A stretch of DNA of 63,237 nt, filler included, from Collodictyon triciliatum (lineage: Eukaryota), in NCBI GenBank assembly GCA_043381765.1. It is 11 parts of 11 records of this genome, joined end to end, with 100 filler letters (N's around TTAATTAATTAA, not from the genome) between each part and the next. Parts side by side here need not be neighbours in the genome. Positions count along the whole stretch, not along the records: positions 47,730 to 53,589 come from JBHJMP010004883.1; positions 53,690 to 59,546 come from JBHJMP010004884.1; positions 59,647 to 63,237 come from JBHJMP010004893.1; 8 more parts are not named here. One strand, 5' to 3'. The notes under the pieces are model-generated. The model was not told the origin of the DNA. It ran no database searches and was given only the letters and a program-made list of their open reading frames with translations. Positions 53,409 to 63,237 of this stretch are shown piece after piece. Made by a program: the position numbers and the translations under genes. The first letter of the stretch is position 1. The number at the start of each line of letters is the position of its first letter.

Positions 53409-53864
53409 GTAGTCTCCACGTATATTGCGCTATATTATACCCCTAGCTCCTATACTCAAGCATCAATTTGTTTCCTTGGCTACATATATCATTGATCAGT
53501 GAAAAATAAAAGCCCCCCCACCATCCCACACACAAACCCACACACACACACACAAACCTCCACACAAACACCCACACACACACACACACNNNNNNNNNNN
53601 NNNNNNNNNNNNNNNNNNNNNNNNNNNNNNNNNTTAATTAATTAANNNNNNNNNNNNNNNNNNNNNNNNNNNNNNNNNNNNNNNNNNNNTTCTTTTTTTA
53701 TTCTTTTTTTATTCTTTTTTTATTCTTTTTTTATTCTTTTTTTATTCTTTTTTTATTCTTTTTTTATTCTTTTTTTATTCTTTTTTTACTGCTCACGAGG
53801 GTTTGAACGCACTCATTCCGGTTGACTATGTGCTAAATCAAATTTTTAATTTTGCTGCCAATAG

Positions 53865-54338
53865 GATTGCAAAGAAGAATGGCAGTTTATCTTCAACAAC
53901 AACAACCAGAAAAGTTTAATCCTCTTTCCTTCTTTGCTGACCGAGAAGCTGTAATCGTCTCAACGGATGCATTTCTGGACTATTAGTTAGTTAACTTGTC
54001 TTAGTTTTTATCCCGGCTTATTGAATACTGCCTTGCATTTATTGTAGTTAAGATTGATGAAACTCACTATTTTGCTGCAGCCGAATCACGAATTCTCTGG
54101 CGTCGATGATTGGACCGAAACGAGTCTTTGGAAACCTTCACCCAGATGCAAATCCGTCGGATACGGAAAACATTGTATCGGTTGAGGTTTGCCTTCGTCA
54201 GCGCTTTTTCTCCTTGTCTGGTTGGATTAGCCTGTTACCAAATTGATACTGCCTGATCTAAATTTTATCGAAGAAATTACGTTTATCAATTCATTTCTTT
54301 TTTTCACTGTTTATTTGTTTATTCAATATTTTGATTGC

Positions 54339-54403
<65 letters not shown>

Positions 54404-55393
54404 CTTTTATTTAGCCAAACGTTTCGCAACCATCACGGCTGAACTTTCGAACAAACGAGGGTTCTATAGCCACACGGAGTGACAAGAGTCCGATTCCGTT
54501 TCAGCAGGTTTCCTCCCATGTTTAAAACAACCACAACTTCACATCCTTTAATCAAATAAAAAATGAGAATTATCGAAACGGGCAATTTTAAACGCTTCGT
54601 AAGAATCTAAGTTCAGTATACATCTCCCAGACTTATTCAATCAATTCCACCTCGCAACAATCCAATAGGCGTACTTGTCTTAACCGAAATAAAAATCAAA
54701 TTATATTAGCTTTCTTTATTGCAAATGTCTGTCGAAGAGGACGAGCTACTCAAGTCATTGGCTGTCCCTCTTCGCCAGTTTCTGCTTGACACAGTTTTGC
54801 CTGTCCTCGCCGATTCTTTGATTGAAATCAGTCAAGAGCGGCCGAAATATCCCATCCGGACCCTTGTATGTCCTCTACTTCAAATACGAAAACAAAAAGG
54901 AATTGAACAAAATGGTCAAAATAAAAATTAATGGAGAAAGGAAAATGCGGTTTTATTATTATCATCATTATCATTATCATTATCATTATCATTATGGATT
55001 TGAAAATTGGCCTCAATTCTCATGGTTATAACCGGCGTGAATACAGGCCAACATGATTCTTCGAGCCAGAAGGCGTAGAGAACACAATCAGAGAGAAAGC
55101 TACGCTGATAAGGATTACGATGATGATGCTTCGGTGCACTCCAGGTTTATTCATGCAACTAATTCACTAATCGGTATCATCTATGAAGTATTTGAAAGAC
55201 CCGTGTTTCGCGGGATAGCGTAACAGCATTTCTACTAGAGACTCAATCGTTTAAGGGTACCATTCATATGCACTAACCGGCCTGGCGTGGTGATAACTTT
55301 TTCTTTAGGGACCCGATGGATGAAAATACATCCGACCTTGAACCAGATCAGTTGGTGGATGAACAGGTCGAAGAACGCCGATGTATGGAATAA
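53865..55393 (+). CDS. AK7: Adenylate kinase 7-like 3' end with Dpy-30 motif
   Basis: RLQRRMAVY...LSFFADRE, MIGPKRVFG, EDELLKSLAVPLRQFLLDTVLPVLADSLIEISQERPKYPIRTL|ANMIL (Dpy-30); stop TAA at 55391. Confidence 0.65.
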
Positions 55394-55857
55394 AATTTCA
55401 ACCGCATAGGTAAATGAAATCAATTCTTTCATAGCCAGTATAAGCAAAAAAATAATATGGGAACCATGCAAGAAGTACTGGTGTGGGCTCATTCTTTCTT
55501 TCTATCTTTTTCTATCTTTTTTTTTTTTTTCATTTAAAGTCGTTCATAGTACACTCGTTCCCTTTGGATTTAAGGTATTTTATGAAGCGGGAGAAGTCCA
55601 TGATTACATCAATGCAACAACTGAGAAAAAGTCAGACTAAAAGACAAATGGATGAATTAAAAAAATGCTATCAGGTCATCAAGTCATCTAGCTTTGTGAT
55701 ACTGGCTGGTGATAAAGTTTTCTGTATTCAAAAAGTAATCACTAAATGAGGTTGAGGTTGAGAACAAACGACGAATGAAGCAGGAGAGAACCTAGCAGTA
55801 ACTGCATCACTGGTACAAGGACGCGCAAAGTACACACACTTACACACAGGAACCAGC

Positions 55858-58800
55858 CTAATCAAAGTGCCTTTCGATGCGGACTCTCTTTGGCTCTTGC
55901 GACGTGTAGATGGAAGGAAAACACTGCTGGAAAGGCGGACGCATTCGTGCAATGGGCGTTTGCGGATGCGAATGGGATGGATACCCACCAAGCGTCTCGA
56001 AAGGACACAAAGTGCGTCCTTTCCTACTCCTGCGAGCCTTTCTCTCCTCGGCCAAACCAAAGGCAAGCAGCCTTGAGCCGACTCTATCACTTGCATAAGA
56101 CTTAGAGTCCATCAGTTCCGAGCCGTGCTGCGTCTCATCCACTTGGTGCGATGCATCTGGACATGAATGTTTCAAGTAGAACGAGACTGCCACATCCGCA
56201 TTTACTTCAGAGTCTGCGTGGGGCTTCGGGAGTGTGTGTGGAGCGTGCTCCGCCACTAATGGGGCAAGGAAGAGCTCCTGAAAAAGCTGCGATGGCGACT
56301 TAAGCGGGTTGAAAGACTCGAAGGGAGAAGGGGCGGAGATACTCAGGGGTGGAGGTTTCGTGTCCTTGCGTGCGGGCAAAACAGGGCTGCGAGTTGGCTC
56401 TGGGCTTCCGCTTTGCTGGGACTGCGGTGGTTCGTCTTTGACTTCTGCTCGTCTTCTGTATCGAAGTTCTCGCTGCTGTCTTTGGTGGTTTCGTTGCTAA
56501 TCGTGATAATACAAATGTGTTTGTTCATTGATTTGACATTTACTTCACAATCCAACAGGTGAAAAGAAGGAGGAAAAATAAAAATAAAAAGTGAAAAGAA
56601 AATAGGATTGAAATTGGAAAATTATGAAAGTTGATACAAAGAAAAGTGAAATAATTGTGTGCTTGGTTGTTTGCGAAACCGTCATACAATCTTTGTCAAC
56701 TCCCGCTCTTGTGCCAGCCTCTCGCGTTCCGAATTGTATTCGTGGATGCCCTTATCTCCTTCACCATCTTTTGGTTGCGTGGCTGCTAAATTATCATCGA
56801 TGCTTTCGTCCTCTGTTTGCCTGAAAACACCATCCTCTTTATCTTGGGGAGTGATTACGGAAAGTGTGCGTTGCTTTCTAAGGTTTTTCATGCGTCTATT
56901 TTCCTCAGCAACCCGGTTTTCGTTTTCGATTCGCTCTTGTTCTTTTTGCAATTCTTGGAGAAACTGGAGAGTAAAAAAAATAATATTCGTTTGATTACAA
57001 GGACGAAGTAGCCCCAAAATTAGCATGTTTGACATGCCGAAAATATGGTCGTGAACCATCGAGAGTGCAACCTTGGACTCTAAGCGCGTTGACTTGCGAG
57101 AAGGTGTTGATAATAGTTGAAGCTTTCTATCCACCTTTGCTTTGACCTATAATTTGGAAAAACACAATATCACCTTATATGTATATGTCCCTCATAAACG
57201 TGTCATACCTTTGAATAATACATATAGTGAAAGTATTGATTAAAATGGTTGCTACTTGGAACGCCTCTTCTGCCTCTTGTTCAATATTGCAGAGTGCTCG
57301 GTATAGTCGGACGTCTTCAGGAAACGTAGCCTTTTTGAGAGATTCCATAAATGAGCTCCATTCCTCTCTGGTCTCGCATACCTACACAGATTCATACGAG
57401 GCAGAAAACGTAATGGATCCCCTGGTGTGGAATCTAAGTGACATTCTTGTTCTTGGAGAGGAAATGAATGTATAATTTACGCATTCTATGGTCATATATT
57501 TGAGTATTGTTTATTACTATTTCCCATTTGGACGGGCCGCTAGACAGTCCCATGAGTCGTGTGGTTGTTGCTGGGAGTTTTTCTGTTCGGTTCACATACA
57601 GGCGATTGTCTTGTATTTAACGTAGGACATATCAGGAGAATGTTAAGATGACAACCATTTATCAACAAGAAAAATCATTATTTCACGCCATGTGACTTGT
57701 TGGTTACAGTAGCTTTTTTTTTAAAAAAAAAAAAAGGGGGTGAAAAATACCTTGGAAATACCAAAACTGGTCGCCTTCGTAGTTAGTCCCTACTGGTGTA
57801 AATCTCTAAAGGTGCATTTTATTTACGTATAAGAAAACGACGAATAAAATGTATTGGCTTTCAGTAGAAAAACGCGAGGAAATTAAGAATCCATCCACGT
57901 CTTCTGTCATCCCCACGCACACTTTGTAAGTCATAAAATATTCGTATTTAAAGACACACAGATTAAATAAATAAATAGAAAAAATAAATAAATAGAAAAA
58001 AGTTGACATTTGAGGTTGCTGCTGTTTATAAGTACCCAGAAACCAGGAACTGTGTCTCGGATGTGTTCACATATTGTTTCATCCTCATCGCATCTCCAAT
58101 ATATTATACTCAACATTATATTCACCTGATTTACAGTAACAGACACAAAAGAACCAAGATTATTGAAATATATTCAAATGATAAATCTTTCCATAATTAC
58201 GGTCTTTTTAGGAAAATATTAGTGGGCAAACCTGAGTTTCTACGGGGAGATCGACAAACAAAACATCACTGGGAAATGGATTATCGGGGAAGTACTCCAT
58301 AAACCGTGATTTGCATATATCTTTCAAGCTTAATTCCCAACTATGTGCACTATCCATAAATAAAGATAATCATTTGGCACTTCATCCAAATAGTTCGTAT
58401 GCCATATGCGTTGAAATTTTACATCCTTATCAGAGTCCCAGACTTTAGAGAAAATGGTTCTCTAAAAGAAAAAATAAGAAGATATGGAGGGAAAAAAAAA
58501 CCTTACGAATAAACAGAGTCCGTCTCCACGTTTTTCATCCCACTGACTAACGCACCGCAAATGCTCTCTACCAAGTCATCCTTGTTTAGAAAGTTGGACC
58601 GAATCGCCTGCAATAAACTGGGCGTCAGCGAAACAGAACTGCTGCCAGAATCCCTGTCATGGAAGGCTGCCTTGACCATGGTCTCTTGTTCTTGACGTTC
58701 CTTGGCGCGCATGGCGAGTGCGGTTTCAAGTTCCTATCGAAAACAAATCACGAATTGAATATCTTTTTCTGGTGCTCGTTTTCTTTTTTTAATCGTAAAA

Positions 58801-59344
58801 TGCTAATAATAAGTTCATGTATGAATGAGAGAATGTATTGGATGTTAGTATAGAGCGTGTTGGTTTTTTTCAGATGATTTCATTTAAACCGAAGGAAATA
58901 AAATATGCTTATCGACTCGGTGATGTTGGTACCTCTATATGAAAGTCGGGTATTTTCAGCACTGAGTGAAGGCCTTTTAAAGCGTTGCATATGGAGGCCA
59001 TTTGCCACATTCTGCGAACTGAGTAAATATATATATGTATGTATGTATAAGCGGTGTTCGTTTGATTCTAATTTCAAGTATTATGCGCATACAATAATAT
59101 ATTAATCATTTATCCTCCTTGTGTAGAATAAGCTTATGTGTTATTTAATGGCCTCAATTTTCCGATTAACAGTGCCGTAATACGATGGAGCATAGAGAGG
59201 TAACAAAGAGGAAGTAAAATAGAGACAAAAAAGAGGAGGGGTGGACATAAACGAAAAGAATAAGCGACGTCCAGACTGAAGGAAAAATGAAAGCCCAATC
59301 TTTATCCACTTACGCTGGATCCTTGTTTCTTCGTAGATGTCCAT
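55858..59344 (-). CDS. Uncharacterised multi-exon protein with coiled coils and a possible PH-like segment
   Basis: GT-AG-bounded open exons (e.g. LQELQKEQERIENENRVAEENRRMKNLRK, VCETREEWSSFMESLKK, terminal exon to TAG at 55858); no family recognised. Confidence 0.5.
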
Positions 59345-59445
59345 CTCCCTGTCAAACTTATTGCGAAGGAAAAACACCTACGCGGAGAGAAAAGTGTTAT
59401 AAAACTTGGGTTCCGTTTTCATCTTTCGAGAAACAGCTGTCAATA

Positions 59446-59546
59446 GAAAAAGGAAAAGGAAAAGGAAAAGGAAAAGGAAAAGGAAAAGGAAAAGGAAAAG
59501 GAAAAGGAAAAGGAAAAGGAAAAGGAAAAGGAAAAGGAAAAGGAAA
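59446..59546. repeat. (GGAAAA)n microsatellite
   Basis: Tandem hexamer at scaffold end. Confidence 0.95.
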
Positions 59547-59793
59547 NNNNNNNNNNNNNNNNNNNNNNNNNNNNNNNNNNNNNNNNNNNNTTAATTAATT
59601 AANNNNNNNNNNNNNNNNNNNNNNNNNNNNNNNNNNNNNNNNNNNNCATATTTTTTTTTTTTTTTGTTTTTTTAATTTTTTTTTTTTTTTTTTTTTTCCC
59701 CCCAATATTTTTTTTTTTTTTTTTTTTTTTTTTTGTAAAATATTCAAATATATTTGACACTGAAAAAAACACCTTTGTATTTTGACTGCCTAG

Positions 59794-60412
59794 GCTGAAA
59801 GATGAATCCGATGGGATTGCATATGACACAGAATCATCATCAATCATCAAACTAAACAATGAAACCATCCTCTACCTGCGGGAAGTGAACAAGTAATTCG
59901 AAAGCCATTTTACAATGCAGCCGCGTTCTTTGTTGTTTTCATATCAGCGATTACGTTTAGGTACTTGGCTCTTGTTTGCTTGCTGCGCGAGGAGAACTAC
60001 GAGAAGCATGGGCTCTTTCTTTACAACTTCCAGGTTTTGTTAAAAAGAAGAGAAAAGAAAATAAGAAAATAAGAAAGGAAAAAAGAAAATAAGAAAGAAA
60101 AAAAGAAAAAAGGAAAAAAAGAAAAAAGATAAAGGGAAAAGAGAAAAAAAGAAAAAAAGAAAAAAGAAAAAGAAAAAAGAAAAAAGAAAAAAGAAAAAAA
60201 AGAAAAAGATAAAGGGTCTTTCATTTAATCGTTATAGTATGATTTAATGTAGCGTAGCGTCCAACACATCGATTCATATGGGCACATTTCATTCTTTTCT
60301 CTTTGAAAACTTTCGCTTACTCGAAGTAATTGTTAAAATGTAGTGCTTCAAGAAAGCCATCGGTGAAGTCTTCGACTTTGCTTCTGGCCAAAAGCGCGCA
60401 GGACGAGCTTAA
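59794..60412 (+). CDS. RRAGC: Rag GTPase RagC/D (Gtr2) C-terminal roadblock domain, 3' exons
   Basis: AYDTESSSIIKLNNETILYLREVNK|YLALVCLLREENYEKHGLFLYNFQ|CFKKAIGEVF. Confidence 0.9.
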
Positions 60413-60841
60413 TGGAGCGAAAAAACGCCGCCAACAAACAATGGAGAATCCACACCATAAATGACTACACAAATCAGTAAAATTATGGATATGCTACCCT
60501 TTTTCTTCTTTTTATTTTGTTAAATACACACGAGGCTGCGTCTATCATACAAAGGATTTTGGGTGGGTAAATGGGTCGAACAGTGTTTGTGAAACCCTCA
60601 GTATCATCTCTATGCCTCTTTGATGCATGATGAATCACAATAATCATATAATCGATACATTTTTCTTATTATAATCCACAGTTTTGTTTGTCGCATTCAT
60701 ATCTATACTTCTTTTCCTCTTCGTCTCTCCTCCATCACCCCCAAGTAAATGTTCTTTCATTTTCGTGGACACACACGATTGCATTCATGCGAGGATGTTT
60801 GAAAAATGGCCGGGCGCTTTCGGATGTTGCACACAAACTCA

Positions 60842-61520
60842 GCTACTCTACCTTCTCGCTCAATTCGCTTTCTTCGATTGCTTTCGGCTCGATTCCCTTT
60901 CTTCTTTTTCTCTTTTCAAAGAACAATGGCGTTGGCGGATAAAAACACTAGGAATCTGAAAAACCCTTGACAAAATCATTCCATTAGAATCCTGAAGCGA
61001 CGAAACCGAGAAGAGTTTGTTGCTTGGTGAGTGACGACCCCCGCAGACTCTGATGGTCTGATTGATATCAGATTTAGTTGTTTGATGGCCTTATTGAGCC
61101 GCGGCTGGGTTTGCTCCATTTCCTAGGACGACAAACGCAAAGGAGTGAGATATAGAAAGGTCTGTGAGGTGTATGAAGCAATTAACGTGGTATTTTAGAT
61201 GGCATCATCAAGAACAACCTTCTTTCTTTCCATTCCTATTAAAACATGGGTGAACAAATAGCAAAGCCAGCAACCACACTATGCGAACTTCAGAAACGAA
61301 TCTCGGGGTTGAAACAAATTTGTTATCTAGAATCCTCCAAAACAAACCAGTGTAACAAAACGCAATTGTAGGCTGGGCCTTCCTTGCATGCAATCTTTCA
61401 TACGTGCTAAATTGCTTAAGCATACTGAAGACCATCGTAAAATAAATAATGTTGATGAAAACTGTGTCATGATTTGCTGAAAATGAGCAAGGGAATGTTC
61501 TGGCGCCCAATCAAGAAAGA

Positions 61521-61596
<76 letters not shown>

Positions 61597-61745
61597 AAAA
61601 AAATAAAAAAAAAAAAAAAAAGATTACACAATGCAAAAGTATTCATACACAAGAAGGGGAACCTGGAGCAAAGCGAAAAGAGAATCACTTTGCCTGAATC
61701 AAGATGAAAGTCGGGAGTATAATCAATCGTTGCATCGCGCTTTCT
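60842..61745 (-). CDS. Possible small spliced gene of unknown function
   Basis: Short open, AG-preceded segments (KRDATIDYTPDFHLDSGK; YERLHARKAQPTIAFCYTGLFWRILDNK; IPSVFIRQRH...EKVE*); model not closed. Confidence 0.25.
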
Positions 61746-61815
61746 GTAAAATGTCAAAAAAAAGGGGGTTGATTTTTCTTATGTTCTGTTTGTTTATAGT
61801 CTTGGGATGCTGTGT

Positions 61816-62998
61816 TTAAGGAAGAACATCTCCAGCAAGGCGGATATATTGTTGAATATCACCATTTTCGTTCAATCGTATCACACGTGCTCCTCGGGGA
61901 AAACTACATTCAGAAGAGAGAAAAATTAATAGAAGGACAATTGTAAGCTCCCTGATTTCAATACTTTTTTGTTCGATTATCATGTTTCTTTACTACAATA
62001 AACTTTATTATGCTGTCGTCCCTTCTTTTTTTTCTAAACATTTGACATCACCCTTGCTTTCCATAAGTAGTGTAGCCGGTCGCTCTTCCATAGCACAACT
62101 GGATTCCATAGAAGTTGCCACAGTAATCTATCCAATTGTCACGAAGATAGGGAATTAAATGGTCAATACATTACAATTAAAGTTAACCCGGGAGATGGGA
62201 TAATTTTATCTATCTATTTATTATTCTATTATATCTCCAGTGCATGAAGGCTCAGGAGCTTCTAAAGTCCCACCATTGATGTGGTCGTGTCCCACAAACA
62301 TAGCCCGGACATCTCCTTGGTCAAGGGCGGCCGTGTAGAAGCCCGAGTTCACATTTGGGGCGTACACACCTTCGTATTTATTACCGGAGCATTCGTGGTT
62401 GTCACAATTATTCCACACGTCGTTGTATTCCAACAAGGGGCTACACATTCGTATATTTATTTATCTTTGCACAGCAGAGGTCTATATTTATAAAGTAATG
62501 CTGATTGTCGTTCTTTCATATAAATTTTAATAAAACTAGAATCATGAAAAATATTTGTAAGCACATTTTTTTTTGGGGAAAAGAATCTTCGTTAGCCAAA
62601 GAAGGAAAAGAAAGAAAGAGGGGAAGGGATTGTAAAAAAAGTCATCCATACATGTGGAAGAATGCCAAGGCAGGCAGAGTCTTTTGATAAAGAGCCTTGA
62701 ATTCATTTGATAGCGCTATGAAAGTTAATATTCGAAATAAACGAATTAGCACGAACGTAATGGAACTGGTTGGCGAAAATTATTGTCCTCATTATTATTT
62801 TATAACAATAATTGGCATTTTAAACAGTAATATTATGATGCGTACATTGGTACCAAGCAATCTGGTCAGTATGTATCCAATCATAACCACCAATCCCAGC
62901 ACCAGACGAGTCATAAGCGTTAGAATCAAGGAAATAAAGCAAATACCCAATATCACGAGAACCAGATTTTTCAATTGTCAGAGCAAAGTTCGAAACAC
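61816..62998 (-). CDS. Calcineurin-like metallophosphoesterase (DCR2/PAP-like), 3' part
   Basis: GVSNFAL, LYFLDSNAY, GYDWIHTDQIAWY, LAFFH(I)PL, NSGFY, FVGHDHIN|DYCG, LCYGRATGYTTYG, PRGARVI. Confidence 0.88.
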
Positions 62999-63237
62999 CT
63001 GTTTTATCATTTGGTTGAATAATTAGCACAAACAAAGAATATATGAAAAGTCTATATTTGAATGATTGCATACCACAACCTCATTCTTTTTAAGGAGACC
63101 AGCTTTTAAATATTGCTCAAAAAAAGAAAAAGAAAAAGAAAAAAGAAAAAGAAAAAGAAAAAGAAAAAAGAAAAAAGAAAAAAGAAAAAAGAAAAAAGAA
63201 AAAAGAAAAAAGAAAAAAGAAAAAAGAAAAAAGAAAA

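Noticed and set aside
53514-53589. C1-3A-like tract at a scaffold end resembling a telomere
   Set aside because: Degenerate (CA)n microsatellite inside a K+ channel intron; most scaffolds end in simple repeats

Overview
This is not one continuous locus. It is a concatenation of 11 short scaffolds from an AT-rich, intron-rich, microsatellite-rich microbial eukaryote (GT-AG spliceosomal introns, standard code; a protist or amoeba-like organism by inference). The scaffolds are joined by identical artificial 100-nt spacers (44 N + TTAATTAATTAA + 44 N) and their lengths decrease from 5873 to 5857 nt, so they are size-sorted and adjacency across spacers is meaningless. Recognisable genes: SHAQKYF-class Myb factor, CAMK-like kinase, LRR/Cys-rich/multi-TM receptor, minimal ATP-dependent DNA ligase, prohibitin, MFS transporter, DERA/deoC, a ~1850-aa pentapeptide+Sel1 protein, PYM1, a PAQR/AdipoR protein, an AK7-like 3' end, a RagC/D 3' end and a metallophosphoesterase. 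There are RidA and WDR27 pseudogenes and a decayed APE-type LINE. Three things stand out. (1) An LRR receptor built from a row of 14 symmetric one-LRR-per-exon cassettes (13 of 69 nt, one of 68 nt), two with broken splice sites. (2) A Shaker-like K+ channel gene that splices into at least three tandem voltage-gated domains in one polypeptide. (3) A decayed Fanzor1 (eukaryotic TnpB-like RNA-guided nuclease) followed by a structured putative omega-RNA that ends in a Helitron-like hairpin+CTAG. Exon models were spliced by hand and no database searches were run.
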